Source: Eledone cirrhosa
Lineage: Eukaryota
DNA: 64,000 bases
Assembly (NCBI GenBank): GCA_964016885.1
Contig: CAXHJY010001677.1
Location: 62,001-126,000, forward strand
Direction: 5' to 3'
Position numbers and translations under genes: made by a program. The first letter of the stretch is position 1. The number at the start of each line of letters is the position of its first letter. The notes under the pieces were generated by a model. The model was given only the letters and a program-made list of their open reading frames with translations. It had not been told where the DNA came from and searched no databases. Of this stretch, positions 42,101-58,750 are shown piece by piece.

Positions 42101-44770
42101 CACCAACAGCCTCATGGTTGTTTCTATGTCTCTCATAATTACTCATGTCTCTTTCCACTGGCTCAATGTTGTTACCTACCCTATTTTGTGTGTCTGTGTG
42201 TTCGTCTTGGTTATTCTCTTTGTCCTTAGTCTCCCTTCCCCTCTTAATCCTATTACTTTCCCTTATTTCTGTGATTTCTGTGCTACTGTCATTACTTGCT
42301 TTCTGTGTCTGTGTGTTTGTTAAGATTGTGGTGGTGGTGAGAGGCATTGAATGCGTGTGTGTTGTTGTTGTTGATGTGTGCTGTTGTTGATGTGTGTTGT
42401 TGTTGTCTCCGTGTGTGCTATCGTTGTTGTGTGTGTTATTATTGTTGGTTGTGTCTGCGTGTCTGTTGTTGTTGTTTCTGTGTATGTTATTATTGTTGTT
42501 GATGTGTGTGTTGTTGTTGTTGTTGTTTGTGTCTGTGTGTCTGTTGTTGTTGGGATGTGTGTTGTATATGTGTGTGCGTATATTGTTGCTTTTGTTTTTG
42601 ATGCTCCAGCGTAGTTTTGTAAATGATTTTTCTATTTCTGACAGACAACTAATCATATTTACCTTCTTGAATGTCGCAAATTTCGGCGGCAAACATAACA
42701 CAGACATTTAATCATTATCTATTTTTGTGTTTCCATATATGTTGGTGTTTTTGTTGTTGAACTCTTCTGATAATGAGGTGTCGGCCATGTTGATACCGTC
42801 AATTTTGTCGGGATATCTATTGGTATACTCTATAGTATCCTGATTTAGTTTTGCCTGTTTAAGCCACTTTAGTTTCCTGTTAAAGTGCTTATCACATTCT
42901 TGAGTAATGTACTGTTCTTCAGGGCGTATAAGGCTTATAAATATTAGTTTCTCTCTTGGTGTGGTGATTTTAGCTATTTCTTGTATTAGGTTACGCTTTT
43001 GTTTTTCTTGATGACTTAATTCTCTATAGATCTTCTTTTTTATGTTTAAAATTAATGTTCGTATTAGCCTATCTGCTTGTTTTTTGGTGAGTTGTAATCT
43101 TCTAACGTCGGTATTGATGGTGTTGGTGTAGATTCTGTATGAGGCACATTGCTTTATGAAGGATAGTTGTCGAGATGTTATGGTTTTTCGTAGACAACAG
43201 AACATGGTGGTTTTCAGTATCTTGTTAGCCTGGCTAAGGCTTACGATATTTCGTTTCTGAATTTGTTTAGCAAGATTCTTTATCTGAAATCGTGTGTTGA
43301 AACCGATATTGTTATACTTTGGGAGGGTCATGTTGCCAATAAGAGTTACTATAGTCTACCCAAGTAGACAGCCCAACCATCGACTACCTGTACTAGACAC
43401 AGAGCTCTGGTTAGATACCATTAACAACCAAAAACAAATCCTCCATCCCATTATGCCAAACCCATGACTTCCAAACATCTGATCCACCGAAACTCGGCCA
43501 TTTCGGACCATACCAAAATCAACATACTGATTGCGGATTTGGTACGGGTGATGAGAAATGTGTCCCGCATGTGCAACCCCGAAGAACTAGAGAGACACAT
43601 ACAACACTTCATCCACCGTATGCAGTTCTCTGGCTACAATCAGAGAGATAGAATCAGAGTGTATAGAGGAGCCAGAACCAAATGGGAAAAAATGGTAAAT
43701 AATGACATAAATGGGACCTGCCCCTTGTATAGGAGCAAATTTTGGAATAGAATAGAAAGAACTAGGAACAAGGCCAATAGAATAAACTCATGGTATGATA
43801 GCAATAAATACCAGAGTGTAATGTTCATCGATACAACCCCTAGAGGCGAACAAGCCTACAAATTTAGAAGGGCCCTAAATAAACATAAACTCAATATTAA
43901 GATAGTAGAAAGACCAGGTACCTCCGTAAAAACACTTATTAGCAAGACATACCCGTTCCAAAGACCCTCATGTATAGATAAGAAATGTATAACCTGTAAA
44001 ATAAGCCCCCATATTAACTGTAAAACTAGAAATGTAGTGTATAGCATAAGATGTACCGAAGGACAATGTAGAAACAAAAATATAGTGTACATAGGTGAGA
44101 CAGCTCGTAGTATAGGGGAACGGATAAATGAACACTGGCGAGACCTTCAAGATAATAAAGAATCATCCGTACTGTACCAACATGCTAATATAGAACACAA
44201 GGGTAAATTAGAGAACATAGAAATAAAAATAGAATCTACACACAGAAAATATGCTATGTTTAGACAAATTACAGAGGCAATAAAGATAAAAGAATTACAA
44301 CCAAAATTAAATAGAAAATATGAGTGGAACAGCAACATCACAACTTACAATTAAGGACAAAATGAAAATACACACACACATAGAACAAACAATCAACCAA
44401 TAACATGTAAATAAATAAACAAATAAATAAATGAACACAAACACACACAGACACCCGGATATGGCGCATGCGCAAACTGAGCACACAACACACACACAGA
44501 AACAAAATGGCGTAGGACAGAAGAAAGGAAAGGCACAAAAACAAAGAAAGGAATCCCCAGTCACTGAAGAGGTCACAGAGTGTGTGACGAAAGGACTATG
44601 ACTATATATATAAACAACTATCTGGTTGTGGAACCAACCAACCAACCAGAAATTTATAAATTTGTAGATTTGTAAATTTATAAGTTTATAAATATATAAT
44701 AAATTGAAGTGAAAGCAACTGGTGCGTGTGTTTCTTATTGGCAACATGACCCTCCCAAAGTATAACAATA
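39174..44770. mobile_element. PLE family A1 mirror copy (body on minus 39174-43344, inverted segment on plus 43342-44770)
   Basis: ORFs 42708..43331, 41826..42707, 40874..41542 and 39708..40541 (-), and 43464..44354 (+). Confidence 0.95.
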
Positions 44771-44857
44771 TATATACATATATATACATATATATATATA
44801 CATATATATGTATACATATATATATATATACATATACATATATACGTATATATATAC

Positions 44858-44887
<30 letters not shown>

Positions 44888-44889
<2 letters not shown>

Positions 44890-45998
44890 TGGAATAAATG
44901 CTCTGAAATAGCGATATATATGTGAATATAGACATAGAATATTCGAAAATATTCTGTATGTTTATAATAAACATTTTGAAGACCTAATCGCTATAGAATA
45001 GAATACGTCACGTATTACAATTAGATTCTCGATAAAAGCAAGGGAAGTAATCTACGCGTTTCATTCTTATTAGAAATCTTCAGGACTACATATCCAGTGC
45101 TTTTATCGAGAATGACACAGCTAGAGACTTATAGAATACTTAGCTGTGTACAGGAACTGGTTTGAAAGAGCGGTTGCCGGTCCGGCAGAAATTAGAAATT
45201 GGAATAAATGCTCTGAAATAGCGATATATATGTGAATATAGACATAGAATATTCGAAAATATTCTGTATGTTTATAATAAACATTTTGAAGACCTAATCG
45301 CTATAGAATAGAATACGTCACGTATTACAATTAGATTCTCGATAAAAGCAAGGGAAGTAATCTACGCGTTTCATTCTTATTAGAAATCTTCAGGACTACA
45401 TCTCCAGTGCTTTTATCGAGAATGACACAGCTAGAGACTTATAGAATACTTAGCTGTGTACAGGAACTGGTTTGAAAGAGCGGTTGCCGGTCCGGCAGAA
45501 ATTAGAAATTGGAATAAATGCTCTGAAATAGCGATATATATGTGAATATAGACATAGAATATTCGAAAATATTCTGTATGTTTATAATAAACATTTTGAA
45601 GACCTAATCGCTATAGAATAGAATACGTCACGTATTACAATTAGATTCTCGATAAAAGCAAGGGAAGTAATCTACGCGTTTCATTCTTATTAGAAATCTT
45701 CAGAACTACATATCCAGTGCTTTTATCGAGAATGACACAGCTAGAGACTTATAGAATACTTAGCTGTGTACAGGAACTGGTTTGAAAGAGCGGTTGCCGG
45801 TCCGGCAGAAATTAGAAATTGGAATAAATGCTCTGAAATAGCGATATATATGTGAATATAGACATAGAATATTCGAAAATATTCTGTATGTTTATAATAA
45901 ACATTTTGAAGACCTAATCGCTATAGAATAGAATACGTCACGTATTACAATTAGATTCTCGATAAAAGCAAGGGAAGTAATCTACGCGTTTCATTCTT
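44888..45998 (-). repeat. Mirror copy of the 310 bp retrozyme-like array
   Basis: Reverse complement of 11997-13107. Confidence 0.95.
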
Positions 45999-47249
45999 TT
46001 ATATATTGTACGTATATCACTTGTTGAACATAGCTTGATAGCTTATGCATTTGCCAGTCTTATCTTTACCCACACCTTCCTTTATGTTGTATATTTTACT
46101 CCATTTTTTTGGTGTATTGTTTTATTTATCTTCTGGTGTATATTTTACTTTACTTTATTTTATTTTATTTCATTTTATTTTTTATCTTTTATCTATTTTT
46201 TATCTATTTTTTATCTATTTTTTTATCTATTTTTTATATATTTTTTATCTATTTTTATCTATTTTTTACCTAGTTTTTATTTATTTTTTATCTATGTTTT
46301 ATCTATGTTTTATCCATTTTTATCTATTTTTTTATCTATTTTTTATCTATTTTTTATCTATTTTTTATCTATTTTTTATCTATTTTTTATCTATTTTTTA
46401 TCTATTTTTTATCTATTTTTTATCTATTTTTTATCTATTTTTTATCTATTTTTTTGTCTATTTTTTATCTACCTCTTATCTATTTTTTATCTTTCTCTAT
46501 CTCTTAACTTGTGCCCATCCGTCTATGATATGTTATTTGTATTAGTGTATACTGTATGTGTTGCATACGGGTGCTTGTGTGTAGGTGCATGCGGGTGCTC
46601 ATGATTATGCGTATACTTGTATGTAGCTGTATGTTAACGGAACCCTGCCCAACTGTGAGTGATAACATTTCTTATTTTTCATTTTTATTTTTATTTTTAT
46701 TTTTATTTTTATTTTTATTTTTATTTTTATTTTTATTTTTATTTTTATTTTTATTTTTATTTTTATTTTTATTTTTATTTTTATTTTTATTTTTATTTTT
46801 ATTTTTATTTTTATTTTTATTTTTATTTTTATTTTTATTTTTATTTTTATTTTTATTTTTATTTTTATTTTTATTTTACTCTTTTCTTATTTTACTCCTT
46901 TTACTTTACTCTTTAAACTCCTCCCAACTTATGGTATCCCCACATATATTCTTCTGTTTTGGCTTTGTCAATGCTTGTATACTATGTATTTACTCTTTAT
47001 GCTCTGAAGAGTCCCACTTCTAGTGTGGACGAAACACTGTTAGCAATTAAAGATATACCTATGTTCTAAGCGCTCTTTGTTGTTAATTGTATATATATAT
47101 ACATATATATATATATACACATATATATATGTATGTACATATATACATATATTCACATATATATATACATATATATATACATATATACATATATGTATAC
47201 ACATATATATATACGTATATATATATATAGATACATATATATATATACG

Positions 47250-47283
<34 letters not shown>

Positions 47284-47904
47284 CATATATACATATATAT
47301 ATATATACTTACATATATATATATATATATATATATATGGTGGCTGCCAACTCGTTTTCGAGTACGGCCACTACTTTATATTATTGACACATAGTTCTGG
47401 GCCCATGATACGATGTGATGACAAGTGCAGAGAGATCTCCAGATATAAAGCAATGCCTTGCCCTGAAGCTTTTATAGTGAACAAAGGCACTGCACAAAGC
47501 CAGTCCCACTCTCTTAACCAAGATGATATTTACCAAAAAGAAGAACAAGTCAACATCATTGGATACCATCAGAGTTGCAGGTGTTATATCAGAGTTTTCT
47601 TTCTCCTAGAATTCTGCCTTGACAAAGGCTAAGGTATCATCTCTCCCAGTGATTTTGGATGGCCATTGACTCTTAAGAGCTCCTTTGCCCTTTGACAGGT
47701 TTTGTTTTTAGTCCTGCAGGATGTCCAAAGTCACCCTCCTGACCAAGAAACCTTGGTGGGGTTGCCAGTTTAGTCGCCAACGACCCGACCATGAGACAGG
47801 TTGTACTGGAATACATGTTACCAGTAGCACCAACTGGTCACCTGACATACATATATATACATTCATATATATATACATATATATATATACTTATATATAC
47901 ATAC

Positions 47905-47937
<33 letters not shown>

Positions 47938-49262
47938 CATACATACTCTTTTTACTCTTCTACCTGTTACAGCCATCCGGCTGAGGCCATGCTGGAGCAC
48001 CGCCCTTGTTGCTATACATTTTATCTCCAGCCTGTATAGGTTGGCCACTGGTGTAAGAGGGAGTTTGTTGCTGCTGTCCTTAGGTTTCCCTCTTGCCGTG
48101 CTGTGGGCTCATCTGAGATACTGTATAGCAAGGTGTCGAGATGTTTCTTGAAGACATCCACCTCCACGTCATGCAAATCTCTCAGATCCTTCGACAGCTT
48201 GTTGAAGAGTTGAGGGCCCTTGAATCCCAGGCTATTGCAATACCTGCTCCGTATTCTCGATGTGGAAGACGGGAACTTTGGCACCACACAGTGACGTCCT
48301 GTTTGACGGTTTGTCCAACTCCTAATGCCAAAGTTTAGTGCTAGACCCTCAAGGATTTTCCGTATCTCTCCCGTCTTCGTTCCAAGGTGTAAAGGTTCAG
48401 TTCCTTTAGCCTCTCCCAGTAGCTTGTCTCCTTCATCGTGGCAATCCGCTTGGTGTAGCTTCGCTGGATTGCCTCTAGCTCCGTGGTTAGTTTGACACTA
48501 TTGGGTGACCACAACTGGGAGAAGTAGTCCAGGCAGCTTAGGACAAATGTCCTCCATAGTTTCAACATAGTGTTTCGGTCTCTTGTCCGGAAAGTCCTCA
48601 TGATCCAGCCAGCAAGTCGTCTGTATTTTGTCGCCACTTTCATGATGTGTGAGGAAAAATTTGCATCATCGCTCATGTCTATGCCCAGGTCTCGTATCGA
48701 TTTTGACACGGGGATATCGGTCCCTCCTGGTACTGTGTAGTTGTGTTGTACTATATTTGTGTTGGAAGGTTTGTTTGGAGGTTTGTATTGTAGGGCGTGG
48801 ATTTTGCCAGCATTAAACTGCATGTTGTTTTCTTCCGCCCATTTGTATAAGGCATCAAGTTCTTGTTGTAAAAGGGAAGCGTCAGCCGGGTTTTTGATTG
48901 CCTGTGCTACCTTAGTGTCATTAGCATAGCTAGTAAGGGATGTTGTTGGATGTACTACAGAGGGCATGTCTGAGAGGGCCACCAAAAAGAGTAGTGGTCC
49001 CAGGACTGTCCCCTGGGGCACCCCACTTGTTATTGGTGTTTCCTTTGAGAGGGCCCCATTTGCTGCGACTGTCTGGCTTCTGCCCCTTAGGAAGTCATGC
49101 AGCCACTCACCTACTTTTCCAGTTATACATATATATATACATACATATATACATATACATACATATATATATACATATATATATATATACATATACGAGT
49201 ATATATATATATATATATATATAGATACATATATATATACATATATATATATATATACATAC

Positions 49263-49298
<36 letters not shown>

Positions 49299-50145
49299 TT
49301 CGTTTCTGAATTTGTTTAGCAAGATTCTTTATCGGAAATCGTGTGTTGAAACTGATATTGGGAGGGTCACGTTGCACATAAGAAACACACGCACCAGTTC
49401 CTTTCACTTCAATTTATTATAATAAATTTATAAATTTAGGAATTTATAAATTTCTGGTTGGTGGGTTGGTTCCACAACCATATAGTTGTTTATATATTGT
49501 CAAAGTTCTTTCGCCACACATTCTGTGACCTCTTCAGTGACTGGGGATTCTTTTCTTTGTTTTTGTGCCTCTCCTTTGTTCTGTCCTACGCCATTTTGTT
49601 TCTGTGTGTGTGTTGGGTGCTCAGTCTGCGGATGCGCCACATCTGGGTGTCTGTGTGTGTTTATATTTGTTTATTTATTTGTTTATTTACATGTTACCGG
49701 TTGGTTGTTTGTTCTATGTGTGTGTGTGTGTTTTCATTTTGTCCTTAATTGTAAGTTGTGATGTTGCTGTTCCACTCATATTTTCTATTTAATTTTGGTT
49801 GTAATTCTTTTATGTTTATTGCCTCTGTGATTTGTCTAAACGTTGCGTCTTTTCTGTGTGTAGATTCTAATTTTATTTCTATGTTCTCTAATTTACCCTT
49901 ATGTTCTATTTTAGCATGTTGGTAGAGTACAGATGATTCTTTACTATCTTGAAGGTCTCGCCAGTGTTCATTTATCCGTTCCCCTACACTACGAGCTGTC
50001 TCACCTATGTACACTATATTTTTGTCTCTACATTGTCCTTCAGTACATCTTATGCTATACACTACATTTCTAGTTTTACAATTAATATGGGGGCTTATTT
50101 TACAGGTATATATATACATATATATATATATGTATATATACATAC

Positions 50146-50177
<32 letters not shown>

Positions 50178-50337
50178 GTATATATATATATGTATATATA
50201 TATATGTATGTATATATATATGTATATATATATATATATCTGTATATATATATATACACATACAGATATATATATATATACATATATATATACATATATA
50301 TATACATACATATATATATATACATATATATATATAC

Positions 50338-50374
<37 letters not shown>

Positions 50375-50469
50375 CATATATTTATATATATATACATATA
50401 TGTATACATATATATACATATATACATACATATATATATATATACATATATATATACATATATATATAT

Positions 50470-53400
50470 TTGTATTACCTTGCTCCTTTTGTAGAGCATC
50501 TCACCTTATTTACCATTATGTTGGAGAACCAGCCGTTACCCATGTCTCTCAAGTGTATCCCCTTACCCAGCAGAAAAAGCTACCCCAAACTGCTTATAGA
50601 CGCTACTAATTCGTTTATACGAGAGTCAGATGGAAGGCCTACCACCTGGATAAGAACACCCATAACCTTCCTGAACCCAAAGAGAGGTTTGGCTTCAAAA
50701 CATACCGAAACCCACCGCACAACACCTTACTGGACTCCTTTGAAGATCAAAAACGTTAAGTTCAGAAAGAAACACAAATGCAGTAATCCATTCTTAACGT
50801 CCCTTGATACACTAATAACTAAGATCAAGAATGACCCGCACCTCTTCGTCACCTCCCACAAAACCAAGAAGCTGTACAAGATGGACGCGAATAAGTATAA
50901 AACATTCATTTATAAGGAACTACACAAACACTACAAAAAGACACCCTCTAGTACCCGAAATGACATAAATAGAGTAGGGAAGGATATAGTCACTAGCACC
51001 AGCTTAGAAATAGAAAAGTACACTAACCCGTACGTCCCTCTTACGCCTAAATTCTCTCTTAAGGATCACAAATATGACTTTAATGAAAGCCCCTCTATTA
51101 GACTAATATGCCCCTCTACATCAGATATAGGTAAGATTAGTAAAGTGATTCTCGACAGAGTACTACTGGAGCTTAATAGAAAGGTTAAGCTCTGCTTCTG
51201 GGGCAACACCGACCAGGTCATAAATTGGTTCACCGAGTTGCCGGATAAAGCCACCCTGAAGTTCATCCAGTTTGACATAGATAATTACTACGCCTCTATA
51301 TCCCCCATACTCTTAAATAAGGCACTTATCTTAGCTAAATCTAACACTACCCTTACTAAAAAAGAAATTGACATAGTTCTAGCGGCGCGTAGAAACATTA
51401 TCCAGTTCGAAGGCTCCCACTGGACCAGAACCAACCGTCCTGATAACTTCGATGCCACGATGGGGTCCAGTGACTCAGCGCAAGCAACTGACCTTGTCGG
51501 GATATACCTCCTACATAAGCATAGGGAGGAGATACCGGCCCTACAAGGAGGTGTATATAGAGATACGCCCTGTTTCCTGTTAGGAACCATAGCCCCCGTA
51601 GGATAGAGAACCTTAACAAACATATACACAGGTTCTTCAAGTCATACGGCCTATCCGTAACTATGGACCTCAACCAAAAGGTTGTCAACTTCCTGGACGT
51701 GACCCTGGAGTTGAGTACGGGTTTATACAAGCCATATCATAAGCCTGGAGAGTGCCTCTCTTATATTAATTATGCCTCCAACCACCCTAAGCAGACTCTC
51801 AACTCCATAGTCTATAGTATCTCACATAGAATCTCGAGACTATCCGCCAATGAGGATATCTTCAACCAAGCGGCAGATTACTACAGTAGGGCCTTGATAA
51901 GCGCCGGTTTAACCGAGGAATTTCCTACATCCCTAACGCTAGCTCTAGAAACCACCACCTCATAAAACGAACGTTATAGTAAGCCATACCTATAACCGAT
52001 CACGCGGCGACCTCGTTGAAGTTGGATATAATAGAATAGATAACCGTACTAAAGATCACGACCCCGGCGACGGTCACCACTGTAGATTACTCGAACTATT
52101 CCCCTATTACAAAACCAACAAAGGCGACTGCCTACTACCAACGCCTTCCAACCAACATCTTCCTGTACATAAACATGGAAGAGGTAGGAAGAGTGCACCC
52201 GAGCATAAAGTGAAAGGGGTACCGAACGGGCGACTGCGCACTAACACACATAAGAGGGTCACCTAGATGGAACCACCCGTAGCAAACGTACAAGGACACG
52301 TAATCGCCACCGTAACGTCCTATGGTTCCACCCCCACCCCCCTATTCTCGGAGTGTGGCCTCCAACATACCCCGGATGTTCTTCGAAGCCTTAGAGAAGA
52401 ACTTCCCGCCCAACCATAGGTATAGAAAATTTCTTAATAGGAACAATATAAAAATATCCTTTTCTACTACTCCTAACCTAGCAGACATCATAGGAACAAC
52501 GAACCACAGTAAGATCACCAAGACACAGCACCTCGACTCAGACGCACCTACACCTCACAATAACTATATCGGCTTTAACCACTCCCTGGCAGCATCCAAA
52601 AGTGTTGGCAACGGCATACGCAGACGCAACCAGCATAACCGCGAAATGACTGGGGAACATGCAGGACATGACATGCGGAATAACCATCGCCCCACCCCGC
52701 GTGCTGTGGGTTGTAATTGTGCTAACGACAGCTGCGGTAGCGTGGGTAACAACGTAGGCAGAAACAATGATAGCCTTACCGTGGGAAATAGACGGAACCG
52801 CGACAGAAATTGCAACTGCCGCGACAGAGGACGCTGCCCACTTAGAGGATACTGCTTGACTGATAGGGTTATATATAGATGCACTATAACTAGCCACAAT
52901 AGCGTTAAACATTATATAGGGGCTACCTCCGGCCCGTTCAAAATTAGGTTTCGAACACATCTCCACTCTTTCACAAATAAAAAACTAAGAAACTCCACTT
53001 CGCTCGCGGACTACATCACATCACAAAAGGACTTAAACATCAGCTTCTCCACGCACTGGGATATTTTCGGCCGGGCTGCACTGTACAACTTCAAGAGGAA
53101 ATGCGATCTTTGCCTCATGGAGCTCTACCACATCATAACTGCACACCCGAGCTCATCAACAGCAGAGCTAAAACAGCGATAAGTTGTACACATCGCTTAA
53201 AAATATCCATCTTCAGATGGGTTAAGGATGAGGAGTGAAAGCGTGCATCGGATCTCCCTGCAACAAGTCTTAACACCCCGGCGGGAAGGCGCTGCAATAG
53301 AACACCCAGGAAACTATCCTTGCATACGAGACCCAGCCTCAAACGACTCAGACAAACAGATCCAGCAAAAAATAATCTCAAAATAAGCGTTGATTACATG

Positions 53401-53875
53401 CGTATCGACAATGGTAAGGTTGTAACCTCATCTAGTAGCAGATAAAAAAATTTGTACGGGAAATATTGCGCTAACACCGGCCAGAGTTACCTCCCTTCAC
53501 CTGCTGCAAAATCAAAACAAGCTATTTTGGCGAGCAGTGAAACTTGACGTGGATTTAACCTCAAAATCTCTTTCCAAGCAATGTAAGGAACACTTTTGAT
53601 TATTTATGCCCTTGAGAAACCCAACTGGGCGAAACGTACGTAGGTGCTGTTTTAAATAGACATGTTTTAACGGTCTATTCTCCGATTTCTTACATTCCCA
53701 CGTGCTTATGCTCTGCTAATTCTCTAGCCCACTAACTATTAACACTTCGAATATTTAATACTGCCGGCACTAGTGTCGAACACCTTTGGCATACGCTACT
53801 TGGCAAATAACTATATGTATCACCTATCTTCACCTTTTTTTTCTCTCTCTCTCGATACGTAAATACTGTATTACA
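50470..53875 (+). mobile_element. PLE family C, mirror copy
   Basis: ORFs 50176..51606, 51663..51965 and 52322..53182. The endonuclease ORF is continuous here, while the left copy has a 1-bp deletion near 5592. Confidence 0.9.
53607..53647 (+). ncRNA. Degenerate minimal HHR in the family C 3' UTR (mirror 4441-4481, minus)
   Basis: cttgagaa-acccaactgggc-GAAA-CGTACG-TA-gg. Palindromic stem III (ACGTACGT) is intact but the CTGAnGA core is corrupted. Confidence 0.5.
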
Positions 53876-53884
53876 TACATATAT

Positions 53885-54011
<127 letters not shown>

Positions 54012-54095
54012 CATATATATATATATACATATATGTATATATATACATATATTTATATATACATACAAATATATATATATATATATACATACATA

Positions 54096-54157
<62 letters not shown>

Positions 54158-54320
54158 CATACAAATATATATATACACATATATATACATACATATATAT
54201 ATACATATATATACATATATACAAATATATATATACATATATATATACATACATATATACATATATATATACATTTATATATATATATAAATATATATAT
54301 ACATATATTTATATATATAC

Positions 54321-54351
<31 letters not shown>

Positions 54352-54370
54352 AACATATATATATAAATAC

Positions 54371-54403
<33 letters not shown>

Positions 54404-54416
54404 CATATATATATAC

Positions 54417-54591
<175 letters not shown>

Positions 54592-55066
54592 TATATATAC
54601 ATATATAGATATATATAGATATATATACATATATATATATACATATGTATATACACCGGGAGAGATGACCACTTAGCCTTTGACAAGGCAGAATTCTAGG
54701 AGAAGGAAAACTCTGACATAACACCTGCAACCCTGATGGTATCCAATGATGTTGACTTGTTCTTCTTTTTGGTAAATATCATCTTAGTTAAGAGAGTGGG
54801 ACTGGTTTTGTGCAGTGCCTTTGCTCACTATAAAAGCTTCACGGGACAGGCATTGCTTTATATCTGGAGATCTCTCTGCACTTGCCGTCACATGGTACTA
54901 TGGGCCCAGCACTATGTGTCAATAATTGTCACAAGTGCAGTGTTTGCACCAGAGTTTTCAAGTCGCTGGCTGGACTAAAAAGTCACACTCGTTCAGCGCA
55001 TCAGTAGGGGTTCTACTACATGGATATGAAGTAGTGGCCGTACCCGAAAACGAGTTGGCACCCACC

Positions 55067-55159
<93 letters not shown>

Positions 55160-55160
55160 A

Positions 55161-55203
<43 letters not shown>

Positions 55204-55225
55204 TATATATACATATAAATATATT

Positions 55226-55256
<31 letters not shown>

Positions 55257-55302
55257 TTATATATATATACATATATATATATATTTATATATATGAATAC
55301 AT

Positions 55303-55336
<34 letters not shown>

Positions 55337-55372
55337 TATATAAATATATACATATATATATATATATACATT

Positions 55373-55406
<34 letters not shown>

Positions 55407-55530
55407 CACACATATATATATATATACATATATATATACTTACATATATATATATATATATATATACATATATATATACATATATTTATATATATACATG
55501 TAAATATATATACATATATATACATACATA

Positions 55531-55580
<50 letters not shown>

Positions 55581-55685
55581 CATGTAAATATATATACATA
55601 TATATACATACATATATATATATACATATGCATATATATATACATGTAAATATATATACGTATATATACATATATATATATATAC

Positions 55686-55749
<64 letters not shown>

Positions 55750-55754
<5 letters not shown>

Positions 55755-56603
55755 ATGTATAATAAACAATACAATATAAATACCTCATTACCAGAGGTTC
55801 CCCGAATAAGACGAATACAAAAGAAACGTCCTCATTCGTTCGTCAGACGAGGCAATATAAAACATAGTGAAATATTTGGAATGTCTCCTCAAGAAAAGCA
55901 AAAAAAAAAATATTATATATATATATAAATGAAAGTAATGGAATAGACATATAAAATATATAAAAAATATAAGGAAATATAGTTAGGTGTGTGTATATGT
56001 ATGTATATACACTCACAAATGTACATATGTATGTATATACAAATGCGTGTGTATGGTGAAAATGTGTCCGTAAATATATATATGAGGGCATGTATATTTG
56101 TCTATATGTAACCACAAATACGGATATAATATAAGTTGAAAATAAATTTATAATCTAGTTGACTTGTATACATAAACAGGGTGTTAAATACATATAAGAA
56201 TATGAAGGCACGCGTATAAACACACATACACGCGCGATTACTTATATGTGGAAGATAAAGAGGTAAGAGAGTGTTATAGTTAAAAGAAAGTGTCATTCTC
56301 GATATATTTATAAAAATGGAACAATATTTAAATGAAAGAGAAAAAGAAAAAGAGAAAGTAGTCAAATAAACACTAGAGAAGAGAAAAGAAAAGGAAAGAA
56401 AACAAACAAGGTATACGCGTACATACACATATATCTATGAGAAACATATATCTATAAAAAAAAATATATATATACACGCAATACGTGCAGACAAAAGCGT
56501 TTGCGAGCGTACATACACACATATGATGCACGTATATACATACATACATATCGCCCCATGTATATCTAATCACACGTACCTACGCAACTGTATACACACA
56601 CAC

Positions 56604-56643
<40 letters not shown>

Positions 56644-58750
56644 GCGCACACATACACACCCATACATACAATACATACATACACACATACACACATATAT
56701 ACATTCACGTACATTGACCCGCTTACAATCACACACATAAAAATAAGAATGTAAAACACTAGATGTAAACATCCAGAAGTCAAAACACACATACATACAC
56801 ATATATATACACACATGCACGCACGCGCACGTACGGAGGCGTTCGCGTACATTTACAGAAAGTAAACACACATAAAGACGCTCAGACACATAGATACTCT
56901 TTGTAAAGCAGCCCTATGAATAAGTCAGTACAAATATAAAAATATAAAATTGGCTGCGAAATTACAGAAAATATCTGGAGTGGAAAACGCAAGTGGCTAC
57001 TATAATCAGCTAGTAAAGAAAAGAGGAAGTAAAAAGTGGAAAGTGAAGATATTAGGTAAGTGAATCGAAGAATAAGGGGGGGTGGGGGGTTACTGGTGGA
57101 TATGAAGTAAAAATAAAAATAAAAATAAAATTAATAATAAGGTTAAAAAAGTAAATCAGAAAGAGTAGTCTTTAAAGAGAATAATTTAGGTGAAGAATAA
57201 GAGCTTCTGGAGGATAAGTATCTGAAAGTGTGTTAAGTTTATATGAGCTGGAAAGCAAGTGTGATTTCATGTGTGGGCAACTGGTGAACATTTCTGTCTT
57301 TGTATTTAGGCAGGCTTTTGGTGATTTAAGGTTTTGTAAAATCCAATATTTTTCATTTATGCGGAGCGTGCATTTTCTGGTTCCTCTTGCATATTCTTTA
57401 GATTGGTTCAAAATTGACCAATCCAATTTATATTGCATACCTTGGTCTTTCAAATCCCATATTCTGCTAGCCAGAGCTGTTGTGAATCTTTTTTCTGGAT
57501 GTCGAAAGGATGCGACATGTGAGTAATAACGCGTTTTGAATTTGTCTTGTGTCATACCCAAATATCGTTCACTGGTGGCTGGTTGGTTGTTGCTGATGGT
57601 TGTCAATTAGCCGCATATACAATGGCTTTGGTGTTGCATTTACCTTGTAATGGGCATTCACTTTTGACTCTACAGGAGCAATTTTGATGTTCTCTAGGTG
57701 ATTTTTTGTTGATGATATAAGATTTAATAGGGGGACCGCAGGAGTAGCTAATTTTGACACAGTTTCTATTAAAGATCTTATAGTATCTATGTGTTCTAGG
57801 GAAATGTTTATCTAAGAGTTCTAGGAATTTTTTGGCTACATTAGTTTTAACTACTAGATAGTAGGGGGTGTGAACCAGGTTATTTTTCTTTTCCTGTTTT
57901 TATGTTTAATAGAGTTAGTATGGTTGGGTATGTATTTAATCGGTTCGCTAAATCCGCTATTTTGGAGGGCTTTATTATAGTAGGGGATGCCTTATTGAAA
58001 ATAGCTTTGAGGAAGAGAGGGTGGAGGTCCTACGACTAATATTAGAGATATGGTTTTTAAAAACTATAGGAGGATGGCAAGAGCCTTTATTTATATATTT
58101 TAAATTTTCATTAGGTTTATGGTATGGTTTATGAGAAGCAGTAGGCAAATCTAGGTTTATATCGAGGAAATTAACATTGGAAAGGTTTGTGTCAATAGTA
58201 ATTTTAAGATTGAAACTAGCAAAGGTTTTTATTAAGTCTTTCCTTAATCTATCTAAGTTATGACCTATGGTGGTATGGGAAAGTATTAGACCATCGTCGC
58301 GATAAAGTCCAAAAATATGGTTAGTGTGTAGGAGGAATAGGCCGACTAAATCACAAACATCAGCACTATCAAAAGAGCCCATTGAGACATCGAATGGGCT
58401 CTCTGTGTTAGATATTTTTACCCAAGTGTCATTATCAATAAAGAGTAGAGTGTTTCTAGCGTGCAAGATGGCATTCTCTTCAATATCAGAGATATTGGTA
58501 AACTTTCTAGCGAAATTTAAAGCTTTCGCTAAAAGAGTCTGAGTGATAGATGGGTAGAAATCTACAATGTCAAATTGGGTGAACCTAGAACTATTATTAT
58601 CTTTAATTTTATTAAACCAATGTACTACGGATGAGCTATTTATCCATTGGAGCAATTTAGACTTACTTCTAATGTGTGTGTTTATATTATTTAAGATTTT
58701 ATTACTGGCAAGACCAATATCAGTCTTAGCAGGGTTGATTAATCTACAAC
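55750..58750 (-). mobile_element. PLE family B, 5'-truncated: RT core, GIY-YIG and 3' UTR
   Basis: ORF 57975..58655 has QFDIVDFYPSI, MGSFDSADVCDLVGL, GLYRDDGL and NFLDINL. GIY-YIG at 57172..57606. Confidence 0.92.
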